A DNA stretch of 63,104 nucleotides, filler included, from Stramenopiles sp. TOSAG23-3 (GCA_900128585.1; 5 parts of 5 records of this genome joined end to end with filler, not necessarily neighbours in it); one strand, 5' to 3'. Positions 39,714 through 50,671 are shown, numbered from the whole stretch's first letter. Made by a program: numbers and translations. Notes: generated by a model from the sequence alone, not told the origin.

Positions 39714-42700
39714 ATGATGAGCGGGTTTGGCTGTAACTTTCGTCTACCCAATATGGGCGGGTTAATAACCGCGAGTCCGAGCAACGGTTGGCTGGTCTTT
39801 GCCTTCATCGTTTTGATGCTGCAGCGGCTTGGAAGCGCTGCGGAATGGGGATGCAGTGCAGCCACCGGCACATTCACGCAGAGTACCACCTGCAATATGG
39901 CGGACGAAGTCTCGCTCAGCGGAGATTTAAACATTGTTGGGGCTCAGAATGCATATACTGCCATCCGCGCAGCGACTGGGAAACGCCATTTTCTTATCTC
40001 CAGTGGGACGCCGAAGACCCTGACCCTAACATGGTTGAACCTGACAAGTGGCACGGAAGAGAACGGTGGCTCGATCTACATTACAAATGTAGCTGGAAGA
40101 TTGGATGTGTCGCACTGTACATTCTTCAACAACTCGGCAAGCGACGACGGGGGTGCTGTTCATGCACATAACGCGTTCGTCTCCTTGAGGCATACGAACT
40201 TCGTTCAAAACGCAGCGGAGGGGGGCGGTGCACTCTACGTGAGAAACGCGGGCTCGGTGTACATTGCATGGAACTCGTTCTCTTTCAATAGCGCGATTCA
40301 GGGCGGCGCCGTTTTTTTTCATGGGTCCAAGGGGACGTTGGAGGATTCGTCGTTCTATCGCAACGAAGCGAAGTGGCAAGGCGGGGGCCTTTACGTTGTC
40401 GGGTACATCTCGGATTATTCCTCGAAAATAAATCTAACCAGGGTTCAGTTGATTGAAAACAAGCAAACAGAAACTGTGCAATCTGGCTGGAAGGGCGGTG
40501 GGGGGTTGTACCTTCAATTCAGTGTAGCGGCGAGCATACGAGAGTGTACGTTTCGGAGAAATGAGGCGCTGATGGGGCAGCCTGGTGACAAGCACGGGCA
40601 CCAGATCATGTCGCGGAAGGAAATTGGGAACGGCATTACCACTTTGGTTTTGGTAAACACTAACTTCAACGAAATCGAAACCTCCCACCGCTTCTATGGC
40701 TATGACATAGATACAAACACAGGCGGCGCAGCACAGTATTTGGAGCCATCCGGCTGCACCGACAATGCCTGCACGATTGCTCCTTTCAACGGGTCGTGCA
40801 GTGCTCGAGCTGCGAACCTCGGGGTAATTTGTCAATTTTCAAGTTGTTCTGCAGGAACGGAAAGTCGGGTTCAAACGGAGCTGCCCCCGTCGTCCACATG
40901 CTCGTTGTGCCCCGTCGGAAAATGGAGCAGTGGGGGGGGGCTATCGTGTACAAATTGCACGCGCGGAAAATATGGCAACGAGACAGGCAAAACGAACGAA
41001 GCGGCCGCGTGCAGGTACGCATGTCCAAAAGGGAGGTATGGAACCCACGAAGGCGAAGCGTCGCCGGCCACAGCGTGCCAATCACTCTGCCCCCCAGGAA
41101 AGCACGGGTCCCACGCGGGCGCGGTCAACGAGACGGCCGCGTGCAGCACATGCCCGCCCGGGCGTTATTCATCAGAATTGGGAAGAGTAGAGTGTACCAA
41201 CTGCTCGTCTGGACGATACAGTGCACACAGGGGAAACAAGCAAGACTGCGATTGCAACGGCTGTGTCCCTGGAACTGTGGCCCCTGTCCCAGGGATGACC
41301 GTCTGTAAGGCCTGCACCCCTGGAAATTACCAGGCAGAGCGCGCACAGACGGCGTGCATTGCTTGTGGCGAGGGGCGCACTTCCACAGCGCGCGCGACCG
41401 ATTGTGCCGCTTGGGCTCCATTTACCTTCCCCAGTGGGGCGCAGAACACGGAGGGAGAAATATATTCCTATACGTTGCAACTAATAGAAGCCCCGACACA
41501 CAAGGTTTCCGTGAGCTTAAATACTAGCAGCGACAACTGCGCCGTGATAGGTCCCCGTTCCATAGAACTGAACGATGCGGGGGCCACTGTTAAAATACTA
41601 TCGCGCCGAGCTGCCGCCACGGCCAACGGCAGCATTGTCTCGCCGTGCACTATTAACCATCACCTTGAGTCTGCAGACAGTCGCTACGCGGGTCTCGCCC
41701 CCCAACGGTTTACTCTACAGCAGCGGTCAAAGGGGTGTGGTGTAGGGGAATATTTCGGTGCATTCAGCCGCTCGCACGACACAGAGTGCATTTGCGGGCC
41801 GAAATATTACAAGCCGCCACTTCGTGACTGCGAGGAATGTTTGGACAAGGGCATGCTGTGCAATACCCCTGGGATTACCGTTCCACCTGTGAAAATAAAT
41901 TATTGGCGCCAGTATCCTACGTCTCCCGATTTGATCCAACACCCTTTTTATAAGTGCAAGATGCCAGGGGCGTGCGCCGGAGGGAACTCAACGCACGGGA
42001 TGTGCATGGACGGGCACAAAGACTCGTCTCCAATGTGCGCGGTCTGCGAAAGGGAATACGTTTTTCAGAAGGGCGTCTGCACCCAATGCAAAGGTTACAT
42101 TCCGGGGAAGGGGACGTCCCCACCGCCGCAGATGATGGAAATGGGATTTATGTGCGTGGGGCTCGCAGTGATAGTCATGTACTACTATTTGACCCTTCCC
42201 GCTTTAACCGTGGAAGAACAAACCGATGTGCGAATTAAGTTGAGCATAATGGACATTGAAAGTGTTTTTGAAAATGCGGATAAACTGACCCTTCCGGAGT
42301 TTCGGAATTTGATGAACACCCAATTTACCGACAATGAGATTGCCCACGTATTCCATGTCACCGACGAGGGCAAAGACGGGCATATTACCAAATTGGGGCT
42401 AGTAGACTACACAACGGACGATGGGGAGATTGACATCGACGAATTGCAGAAACGGAGAGCAGAGTACAACAGTAAGATGGAACACGCACGGAGCGCAGCC
42501 ACAACATTAGGTGCACCCGTGAGTAAATTCAAAATCTTGCTGACGTACGTTCAAATTGTAAGCTTTCTCCCCGTAGTGTTTGATCTGCCGTTCCCGAACA
42601 GTATCACCCACACCATGAAACTTTTAGAGCTGTGCTCCCTCGACATTTACACGTTTTTTGGTGAAATGTCGTGCCACATGCAAACTACGTTTCAACAGAA

Positions 42701-44063
42701 GTTCGTCTTCCACATGCTGATGGCGCCTGCAGTCTTGTTGTGCGTGGGTACAGTATGGCATGTAGTCCGTTTCAGAGAGCAATTCTTGGGGACATACTGC
42801 CAATCGCACTTTACACGAGAAAGCACGAAGGCACGGGTTTACAACCTTTTGTCGCTCTTTGCGTTCGGGTTGTATGCGGGTATATCGACAAAACTCTTTG
42901 AGCTTTTCAAATGCGAAAAAATCTATGGGCAGTTCTACATGGTCGCCGATTACGGCACGGAATGTTACGGCGACGCGTGGTGGGGATATGGGGCGTTGGC
43001 CATACTGTGCATTATTGTTTACCTGATCGGCATCCCGGCGTCGCAGTTGTACGTGCTGTGGAAGAACCGCAAACATCTCCACGAAACTTCGGCACTGAAC
43101 TTGCAGGCGCACAAGTTGGTAAAAAAAAGATACGGATCGTTGTATGAAAACTACACGGAAGATTGTTTTTACTTCGAACTAGTGAATACGTTTCGGAAAC
43201 TGGCAATGACGGGGGGGCTGATCCTAGTGAGTGAACGCGTGATCGTGCAAGCACTGTTAGGAATATTAGTATCCAGTGTATGGTTGCTGGTAGTGGCAGG
43301 TAAATTTCCGTACAAAGCGTACTGGGACAACATACTTGAAATTGCCTTATCGTTCGGGTTATTAATGTCGTTGATTTTTGGTTTCACTTTAGAGATGTTT
43401 CACTTGAAACATACGGGAAACTCCGAAGAGGTTGCATTTGATACGTTGCTGGTACTGATAACCTGGGGCTGCATTGGCGTGGGGAGCATCGGGCTGATTG
43501 CAGCGCTTCCATGCTGTTGCAGATCTACGGTTCTCAACTACACAATACACAATAAAAAAAATGCGCATCACCACACGAAGCGTCGTGTCATGAACGAGTG
43601 GGTTGCCAATCTTCTCCCCGTTGTGAAATGGCTTTCCGTCGAGGAAATCCAAAAAATAATGAAATCCTCCCAAAAAGAAATAGAAAGCAAAGCAAACGAA
43701 GCATTTCAGAAATCACAAAGGCAGAAAAAGTTTTCAAAAATATATCCCACGAAACGCATATCGATGGAAGTGCTCGTTCGCACGAACGTGCTTGCCAAAA
43801 AGCGGCAAAAAATGCTGGCAATGTTGCCAGCCTCTGACAAGAAAAAGAAGAAACCAAGTTTGAGGTCTCTGGGGGGGCTGGTGAAAGAGCATGTCAAATC
43901 CAAGTTTAGACAACGACGACTGCACCACAATGACGTCAAACGAATTCATGAAGACCGGGAGAAGCGCAGCCACCATCTTAAACGAAAACAAGATGAAATG
44001 GTGCAGCTGAAGGAAAAACGAAAATTGCAACTAGAAAAGAGGTTGCAAATGAGGAAGAAATAA
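39714..44063 (+). CDS. Large cell-surface receptor-like protein: PMP-like beta-helix, Cys-rich repeats, multi-pass (~7TM) domain with an EF-hand insert (1449 aa)
   Basis: Hydrophobic leader; FxxN...GGA(V/L) repeats; CxxCPxGxY repeats; TM-region motifs KFKILLTYVQ, YGSLYENY, FELVNTFRKL; basic C-terminal tail. The start codon is uncertain. Confidence 0.82.
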   Translation: MMSGFGCNFRLPNMGGLITASPSNGWLVFAFIVLMLQRLGSAAEWGCSAATGTFTQSTTCNMADEVSLSGDLNIVGAQNAYTAIRAATGKRHFLISSGTPKTLTLTWLNLTSGTEENGGSIYITNVAGRLDVSHCTFFNNSASDDGGAVHAHNAFVSLRHTNFVQNAAEGGGALYVRNAGSVYIAWNSFSFNSAIQGGAVFFHGSKGTLEDSSFYRNEAKWQGGGLYVVGYISDYSSKINLTRVQLIENKQTETVQSGWKGGGGLYLQFSVAASIRECTFRRNEALMGQPGDKHGHQIMSRKEIGNGITTLVLVNTNFNEIETSHRFYGYDIDTNTGGAAQYLEPSGCTDNACTIAPFNGSCSARAANLGVICQFSSCSAGTESRVQTELPPSSTCSLCPVGKWSSGGGLSCTNCTRGKYGNETGKTNEAAACRYACPKGRYGTHEGEASPATACQSLCPPGKHGSHAGAVNETAACSTCPPGRYSSELGRVECTNCSSGRYSAHRGNKQDCDCNGCVPGTVAPVPGMTVCKACTPGNYQAERAQTACIACGEGRTSTARATDCAAWAPFTFPSGAQNTEGEIYSYTLQLIEAPTHKVSVSLNTSSDNCAVIGPRSIELNDAGATVKILSRRAAATANGSIVSPCTINHHLESADSRYAGLAPQRFTLQQRSKGCGVGEYFGAFSRSHDTECICGPKYYKPPLRDCEECLDKGMLCNTPGITVPPVKINYWRQYPTSPDLIQHPFYKCKMPGACAGGNSTHGMCMDGHKDSSPMCAVCEREYVFQKGVCTQCKGYIPGKGTSPPPQMMEMGFMCVGLAVIVMYYYLTLPALTVEEQTDVRIKLSIMDIESVFENADKLTLPEFRNLMNTQFTDNEIAHVFHVTDEGKDGHITKLGLVDYTTDDGEIDIDELQKRRAEYNSKMEHARSAATTLGAPVSKFKILLTYVQIVSFLPVVFDLPFPNSITHTMKLLELCSLDIYTFFGEMSCHMQTTFQQKFVFHMLMAPAVLLCVGTVWHVVRFREQFLGTYCQSHFTRESTKARVYNLLSLFAFGLYAGISTKLFELFKCEKIYGQFYMVADYGTECYGDAWWGYGALAILCIIVYLIGIPASQLYVLWKNRKHLHETSALNLQAHKLVKKRYGSLYENYTEDCFYFELVNTFRKLAMTGGLILVSERVIVQALLGILVSSVWLLVVAGKFPYKAYWDNILEIALSFGLLMSLIFGFTLEMFHLKHTGNSEEVAFDTLLVLITWGCIGVGSIGLIAALPCCCRSTVLNYTIHNKKNAHHHTKRRVMNEWVANLLPVVKWLSVEEIQKIMKSSQKEIESKANEAFQKSQRQKKFSKIYPTKRISMEVLVRTNVLAKKRQKMLAMLPASDKKKKKPSLRSLGGLVKEHVKSKFRQRRLHHNDVKRIHEDREKRSHHLKRKQDEMVQLKEKRKLQLEKRLQMRKK

Positions 44064-44166
44064 TTTTGAGAGTTCTTCTAATGTTCTAAAAATGCTCTCG
44101 TGTGACTTTCAATTGTGAGGTACATAATATATCCTCAAGCGAACGTAAACCTTTAATGGACAACAC

Positions 44167-44316
44167 AGGAGTAGATTCATTTTCGCGGTATAATGAGGAC
44201 GAAGAGTTTTAATTACTTAAAATTACAGCCAATTTTTTGTTTCTCTTATATTTGTGAAGAGGAGGAGGTGTTAATATTCCACACACCTTCAAAATAATAA
44301 CAGCCAATTTTCTTGT
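44167..44316 (-). repeat. Two minus-strand copies of the dispersed element (44167-44242 and 44295-44316)
   Basis: Reverse complements read ACAAAAAATTGGCTGTAATTTTAAGTAATTAAAA...TACCGCGAAAATGAATCTA and ACAAGAAAATTGGCTGTTATTA. Confidence 0.85.
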
Positions 44317-44335
44317 GTTTAAAAATCGAATATAA

Positions 44336-46876
44336 TCATACTGCTTTTCCACCGGAGGCAGTCAGGCACAAAGGATAGCCAAGCTTGGGGATGCTGGTGT
44401 ACTGGTTTCGCACTTGGTGCGTGTTCGGGAAATAGACCCATTGCTTCCATGTACCGGGTGCTGCTGGTCCATTGTCTCCTAAAGTAACCACGCGGCCGTT
44501 CAACGAACCTGTCAGCAGGATGGTTTTGGACAATTGTTTCCACGCGCCCAACGTGATCGGCCGCAGGCTGTTGCGAATGTTCGTGTAATCATTCCTGAAC
44601 TCTTGCGTCACTTTTCCAGGCTGGCACTTCTGTAAGGATACGGTCGCTCCGTCCGCGGCGCTGGATGCTTCGGCGCATAACCCTGACGCTCGATGTTCCA
44701 GTAACCAATCACTTCGGAGGTCAAATGATTGTGATGGTTGGTCGACACCATTGGTGCTGCATTCTTCAAGACTAATTTTATCGCCCACTGACACAGCCGT
44801 GCCAAGATGGCTTGTCTCCCATCGAGGGCCGATTTTTGATATGGCGATGGACCCAAACTCGACGACCTCCCACTGGTTCATACCCAAAATCGCAAAGCCA
44901 ACGTCAATATCGCGAATGGCAAATTCGGAAAATGCAGTTTCCTTGTCTACCGTCCCTGTTGCTTTTCCCAATCCCACCGAGAGAGATAAAGAATGCCATT
45001 GACCTTGCACTGGACTCGTCGCCAAAGTGCCTTGGTTCAAAATATTTCCGGGAAGGAAGTGCCCGCCCAACCTTGGCCCGCCCTGCGTCAGGGTCCACGC
45101 CCCGCTGGAACTGACGCAAAAGATAATCCCTTGCTGCCACATTTGGTCGGCTCGTGCTCCAACGCACACCGATGTGTTTTTCAGGGCGTCTGTTGGAATG
45201 AGAAAATCCGTCACAATTTTGATATCCTGCCATTCTAACTGTCCAATCAAAGTCATGGGCCCGTTGCTGCCGTGGTCGGACCAACCAATGGGCAAGCGCG
45301 GGACCATTTGGCGCATCACAAGTCGGTTATTGTCACTGGAGGATGGGTGAATTTCAAAGGCACCGATCTGATCAGCAAAGTACTTTGCTTCTCCACTCCG
45401 GGGATAACTTTGGAAATCGTCTTTGTAAGGCAATGGGAAAGACGGTTCCGACGTCGGCCCATTCGATGGGAACGTCCCTTTTTTCGCGTCCCCCACCGTG
45501 CTTAAACTGAACATTCCACCCACAGGTACGTTCAACGAAAACGTCCCATCGCTCGACACAGCAATGTTGGCTTGTCGTTCGAACAAAGTTGGTGTTGTTA
45601 CGTTGGCCTCAAAGTTGCTGTACCAAACGTTCAACGACCGTAACGGTTCTTCGAGAGAAAAATCTTTAAAGTTGAACGTGACCACTTCCGAGGCAACATC
45701 GAAATCGGGCAAGGGGGGGCGTGTGCAACTCGCGTGGTCACGTGATATTTTTACGACGATCAATGTAAACTGGCTCTTGTCGTCCGGGTCGATTAAGCTG
45801 GTGTAATATCCACCGTTCGGTAACTCTCCTGAGCCGCTACCATTGTCCAAGTACTTCCACCCGACACGCGTGAACTGGGTGACGTGTGCCGTGGCCCACA
45901 CGACAGGCATGTCTTTTTCGTAAAACCCAGACCACGGTTGGACGGCAGTCAGCAAAGAAGAGGCGTACCAGTTCGTGCCATGGTAGTATGAACCCACCAA
46001 GTTCCACATGATGCTCGAAGTCATTTGGTTCAACACGAAGTGGGACGTGATGATCCGTCCCCAACAGGCAGCCCCGTTTAAATCATCGTACGAGCTACTC
46101 TCTTCACTGGCCCATATCGGCTTTTTCAAACTGTGGCACACGGTATAATTGTCGAAGTCGCTTGGGTAATGAAGACCAATGATGTCAACGGCTTTCTCGT
46201 AGCCGGGGTCCAAGAGGACTTCGTCACAAATGTCACGGTAACCGTCTTTGGCGACAATGCGTGTATTTTTGAAGTCATTTTCATCAAGGGTCTGCCGCAA
46301 CAGCTTGACGTACGTTGCGTTGGAATCGCGCTCGTTCCAAATACCTATGTAATCGACCTCGATCTGGTACACCGACCGAGCTCCTTGTAGCCACTTCAAA
46401 ATGTAGTGCACTGTCAACGACGGGTCAGAAAACGGGCTGCCTGTGGAATCGGGTCCACTAACCCAGCCCGGGTATGCCCATGGCAATCCATACACCTTGA
46501 TGTCTGGGTTTCTTTTTTTTGCGGCTACGAGAATTTCCCATTCGTACCCGCGGTGGTAGTCCAAGTCATCTTGAGAGTGCATGTGGCTGCTCTCGGTTCC
46601 GTCCGTGCTCTGCGAGTCACCACCAATTTCGACTTTAATTATTTGCAAGGAAGCGCCGAACTGGGGCTTGAACAGGATGTCAAATATTTCGTCCCGTTGA
46701 TCTTTGGGGTACGCTGTGGCAAGCACGGACGTTGCGCCCCCACCACTGAGGCCGCCAATGCCAAGAAACTCGTGCTCATGGTGGGTTCGGTCTATGCGCA
46801 GCGACGGGGTGGACTCGACCCGCAGGGTAAGGCTGAGAACGAACAGCGCGACGACGGCAACGTTCTGGTAGAACAT
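44336..46876 (-). CDS. GALC: Galactocerebrosidase-like GH59 with a C-terminal ricin-B-like lectin domain
   Basis: Signal peptide; GIGGLSGGGATS, FGASLQIIKVEIGGDSQSTDGTESSHMH, RGYEW, YGLPW, GIWNER, KPIWASE, WATAHVTQFT, YFADQIGAFE; C-terminal SGLC...VSLQKC..QEF. Confidence 0.92.
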   Translation of the reverse strand: MFYQNVAVVALFVLSLTLRVESTPSLRIDRTHHEHEFLGIGGLSGGGATSVLATAYPKDQRDEIFDILFKPQFGASLQIIKVEIGGDSQSTDGTESSHMHSQDDLDYHRGYEWEILVAAKKRNPDIKVYGLPWAYPGWVSGPDSTGSPFSDPSLTVHYILKWLQGARSVYQIEVDYIGIWNERDSNATYVKLLRQTLDENDFKNTRIVAKDGYRDICDEVLLDPGYEKAVDIIGLHYPSDFDNYTVCHSLKKPIWASEESSSYDDLNGAACWGRIITSHFVLNQMTSSIMWNLVGSYYHGTNWYASSLLTAVQPWSGFYEKDMPVVWATAHVTQFTRVGWKYLDNGSGSGELPNGGYYTSLIDPDDKSQFTLIVVKISRDHASCTRPPLPDFDVASEVVTFNFKDFSLEEPLRSLNVWYSNFEANVTTPTLFERQANIAVSSDGTFSLNVPVGGMFSLSTVGDAKKGTFPSNGPTSEPSFPLPYKDDFQSYPRSGEAKYFADQIGAFEIHPSSSDNNRLVMRQMVPRLPIGWSDHGSNGPMTLIGQLEWQDIKIVTDFLIPTDALKNTSVCVGARADQMWQQGIIFCVSSSGAWTLTQGGPRLGGHFLPGNILNQGTLATSPVQGQWHSLSLSVGLGKATGTVDKETAFSEFAIRDIDVGFAILGMNQWEVVEFGSIAISKIGPRWETSHLGTAVSVGDKISLEECSTNGVDQPSQSFDLRSDWLLEHRASGLCAEASSAADGATVSLQKCQPGKVTQEFRNDYTNIRNSLRPITLGAWKQLSKTILLTGSLNGRVVTLGDNGPAAPGTWKQWVYFPNTHQVRNQYTSIPKLGYPLCLTASGGKAV

Positions 46877-47242
46877 GGTGGATGAGATGCAGAGGGGTGG
46901 CACAAAGTCTTTTTTAATGCAGAGAGGGGGTGTCTTCCTGTCGGTATAATTACTTTCCGTTTCTCACATCTGTGCAGTCCTATCCTCGTCAATTGTTCCC
47001 ATAAACACAGACTCACGCAGACGTGCACCCCCGTAAACCAGTGAGTAACAAGATTCGATTTCACATTTCACATTTCAGATTTCAGATTTCTCTTCTTCGA
47101 GAAGAAGAAATCCTTTTTTTTTTCAGAGGATTGGAGTATACTGTATTTGTATAGTAATAATAATATATAGTAACAGCATATTTATATAGGAACATATATA
47201 CTACAATACATAAACTGTACTTATATTACACACACGGAGTAT

Positions 47243-49744
47243 TCATTTCTTGGGCCATACAATACACCAGGACAATCCATCGTTCGGGTCTTGCGTTATG
47301 GATGGAATATTTTCCCCAGCGCCGCGCTCTTCCCAACTCGTCTGAAAATCATTCAACAACCGCGTTGCATGTGGCCCAAATCCCGGCAGAGTGCCAGTGA
47401 AATCGATGTTTGCTTGCGCCATTGCCGGCTCAGACTTCAAGCGCGTTCGATTAATCGCATGGGACAGGCGTGCTTTTTTTGCGTGGGCGGTCATGTGCCC
47501 GCTGTAAAACACAGAGAAAAACACCAGCGCGTCGTACTGCCATGAACCGCCGACCTTGCTCTTTCCAGCCGCGCGTTCCACAAAATACTTCCGGCCCTCC
47601 GTCTCCCGAAGCAGCAGCTCTGGGTCGCACAACAACTTGTAAAACCCCCGTTTCCCTGGCCATTGAAGGACAATGTAATGCCACATCAGCACAAAGTCAA
47701 AGTACGAAGGGCAATACTTTCTTACCCCCTCCCCTGGTCGACTTTTGAACCAAAGGTGTTGGGACCGGATCAGGGCAATCCATACAATGTAATGGAATGC
47801 GTCTCTTACGCGGTGACGGTGCGCGAGGGAAGTAAACCCTTTTGTAGCCCTAACGGTGCGGCTCTCCAGGCTCCCTGTCCCCAACTCGGGGTTGCAGTGA
47901 TGTTCTACAAATGCCCACAACGACGCGAGGTCCAGGTCGCCCTTGTCGTGCCCTTTCTTGCAAAGCCACGTCGAGATCGTTTTGCTCGGGTCGTTGTTGG
48001 ACTTGTTCCAATTGAAATCGTTCACGCGACGGGTCAATTCCAGGCCTTCGGCAGTTGAATCCCGAAATATGCAAGAGTCGGGGTGAAACGAGGCCGGAGA
48101 ACGGGGCAGCCAGAACTCTGGAGCGCCCGGACGAAACATGGCCCCATCGTCGGGCTTCTTTACACTGCAATGCGCATGCACGTACGTTCTCTTCCAGAAC
48201 TTTTGTTTGCCGGTTGCCGTCGACGAACGTTTCGAGTCCTCCCAACTTGTTGGCTGAAGAGCGACCAGCACCACCCTTGTGCGCGTCGGAGCGTGCCCGG
48301 GTTCATCAATGAACGGGTTTGACTGAAAAAATGCCGAGCAAACGAAAGGCCCGTGTTCCTTATCCAGAAGCCTACAAAGCAGTCGTTCTAGGGCCGTGTG
48401 GCGTGTGAACCGATAAGGGTTCCTCGTGCTTATGGAGTGGCTAAAATTTGCGCACGACACGACGTCGTAGCCCAACGCCTCGTAGATCAGTTGATGGTCC
48501 AACCGAGGGTGATGGGGTGCGACGAAAACGGGGGCGGAGAACTCGCTTGACGCCGCGTACTTGTAGTCGTAGTCCCTCCACGTTTCTCCAGCGTCGGCCG
48601 AACCCTGAACGACTGGTACCCACCGTATTGTTGGCCCCGGGCGCGCTTCAAACACGCCGTAGGCGTGCGACACTCGCCATACGAGGCATTCCCGGAGGTA
48701 CTGCGCAAAGCGACGAAGCAGTGGCACTTTCATCGCCCTAGGGTCTAGCCCGGGCCACCACGCCCAGCCCGAACTCACCCAACTGTTGAACGGCAAGTTT
48801 GCCAGCGAGCACGGGAGCAAGACGCCCCAACAGAACGCGTGAAAGCATACCAGAGAGACGGCACTGCCCGTTGGCCACTCGTCAAACAGAGATCCTTCAT
48901 CGAACAAGAAGGGAGTCGAAAGCCCAATCGTGAGCACATTGAAGTGGCCAAAATTCCCACAGACTTGGATCCCAACCATAAGGGCGATAAAGTGTGCCGC
49001 GGCGACCATTCTCGCATTGTAAACAGGGAAAAAAAGAAGAAAAGGGGCAACGATCTCGATGAAAAACATCCCTGCCAGCGCCACTTTGTGAAACGGAAGG
49101 GGCAGCTTGTTCCCAAGCCAACCAAATATCGAAGGGATCGGTTGAAAGATCAAAAACCCTTTGATGTAAGCGTTGTCCCGATTTGAATGACCAGTAAACT
49201 TGATCTTCCCAAACCCGATCATCACGCGGAACAACAGCATGCGAAACAACCACCCCAAAAGAGGGTGAGGCAGGGCCGAAACGGACAACTCCCAGGCCCC
49301 GCCGCCGAGGAGGGGCACCGCGTGAGGGAGAAATACGTTCAGCCACCCAGCCTCGTACAGTAGACAGTCCCACGGGTACGACAGGTCCAGTGCTAGATCG
49401 ACGGACAGCAGGCACGCCTGGGACACGAGTTTTAAAACGGTGCTGACCCAGGGCTGGGAACTCCCAAACATCAGCCCCACGCTGCAGAGCGCCCCAGCCC
49501 TCCAGAGGCACGTCAACATAAAGTCGGAGCCTCCTGTAAACCACAAAATGTTCGGAAAGCGGCGCATGCGCGCCCACAACGACGGGAAATCCCCCCGTAT
49601 CCTCTCCATAACGTCCGCGACGGGGGTCACCCCATTCTTTCCAGCCAAAGCAAGAAGCTGCGTACTCATCGAGCAGAAGGAAATAAAATACGTCGCTGCG
49701 ATCAGCCGACTACAAACCCCCCAAGATACCAACACCCAATCCAT
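47243..49744 (-). CDS. Lipase maturation factor family protein (LMF1/LMF2-like)
   Basis: QLLALAGKNGVTP, WDCLLYEAGWL, LLFRVMIGFGKIK, QPIPS, GNFGHFNVLT, YGVF, APHHPRLDHQL. Confidence 0.9.
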   Translation of the reverse strand: MDWVLVSWGVCSRLIAATYFISFCSMSTQLLALAGKNGVTPVADVMERIRGDFPSLWARMRRFPNILWFTGGSDFMLTCLWRAGALCSVGLMFGSSQPWVSTVLKLVSQACLLSVDLALDLSYPWDCLLYEAGWLNVFLPHAVPLLGGGAWELSVSALPHPLLGWLFRMLLFRVMIGFGKIKFTGHSNRDNAYIKGFLIFQPIPSIFGWLGNKLPLPFHKVALAGMFFIEIVAPFLLFFPVYNARMVAAAHFIALMVGIQVCGNFGHFNVLTIGLSTPFLFDEGSLFDEWPTGSAVSLVCFHAFCWGVLLPCSLANLPFNSWVSSGWAWWPGLDPRAMKVPLLRRFAQYLRECLVWRVSHAYGVFEARPGPTIRWVPVVQGSADAGETWRDYDYKYAASSEFSAPVFVAPHHPRLDHQLIYEALGYDVVSCANFSHSISTRNPYRFTRHTALERLLCRLLDKEHGPFVCSAFFQSNPFIDEPGHAPTRTRVVLVALQPTSWEDSKRSSTATGKQKFWKRTYVHAHCSVKKPDDGAMFRPGAPEFWLPRSPASFHPDSCIFRDSTAEGLELTRRVNDFNWNKSNNDPSKTISTWLCKKGHDKGDLDLASLWAFVEHHCNPELGTGSLESRTVRATKGFTSLAHRHRVRDAFHYIVWIALIRSQHLWFKSRPGEGVRKYCPSYFDFVLMWHYIVLQWPGKRGFYKLLCDPELLLRETEGRKYFVERAAGKSKVGGSWQYDALVFFSVFYSGHMTAHAKKARLSHAINRTRLKSEPAMAQANIDFTGTLPGFGPHATRLLNDFQTSWEERGAGENIPSITQDPNDGLSWCIVWPKK

Positions 49745-50492
49745 CACACAAAACTAGAATATCCTATACAGAAGCAACGAGCTCAGAGCGCAACGGACGG
49801 GCGAGAAAATGAAATTGCAGAAACGCGACAATACAACAAGAATATCAAAGTGTGAACATGCAATAATACACGGAACACAAACACTTCCACGCATAAAGAG
49901 GGAAACCATGGTGATATCTTCAGATCAAAGTGAGAAATATTATTGTAGTTCCAAACGACCAACACCAAAAAACAATTCGTAGACAATATGATACGAAAAT
50001 CAATCGCGCGGCCAACAAATTGTTTTTATTATTTTATTATTATTAAAAAAAAAAAAAAAACAATAATTTTTTTAAAAAAATTATTTGTTTTTTTGGTATA
50101 AAATTAGACTATTGTTTCTTTTGCCTATCAAAATACACACTTCGGGAGCATCCCTATACTATTACTACCTACCAATCCCCATTAGCAGGTACATAGCATC
50201 ATTTTTCAAATAATTGTTTTGGAATGGTTTTGGAAGAATATTTGTTGAAATCTATGCTGTGTTTATGTTAATTCAGTACTTTTCTTACCCATTTTTTCTT
50301 TCTTCTTTTTCTTTCTTTCTTTTTCAGAGTTAGAAGATTTCACTTTGACATTTGCCTTCTTCTTAATTCTTAACACATTTGTTGAAAGTGTTAAAAACGA
50401 AAACGTATGGAATGAAAGTTAATTCAGGCTGTTTAAAACCAACATCTTTAATTGTACTGTTTTCTTTTTTTTGTTATTTTTTGTGCACCGAT

Positions 50493-50592
50493 NNNNNNNN
50501 NNNNNNNNNNNNNNNNNNNNNNNNNNNNNNNNNNNNTTAATTAATTAANNNNNNNNNNNNNNNNNNNNNNNNNNNNNNNNNNNNNNNNNNNN
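50493..50592. other. Artificial scaffold-joining linker
   Basis: N44-TTAATTAATTAA-N44. Confidence 0.98.
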
Positions 50593-50671
50593 AAGAGAAG
50601 ACACTCCCCTCTATTGATAAATATTAATATATACTACTGCAAGCAAGTTGTTTTTGTGTTTTGGTAATACG
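50593..50671 (+). repeat. 79-bp inverted terminal repeat of scaffold 5, left copy (probable artefact)
   Basis: Exact reverse complement of 63026-63104. Confidence 0.95.

Noticed and set aside
12573-50592. Four TTAATTAATTAA palindromes at a regular ~12.6-kb spacing
   Set aside because: They are artificial six-frame-stop linkers inside N runs; the spacing reflects length-sorted scaffolds.
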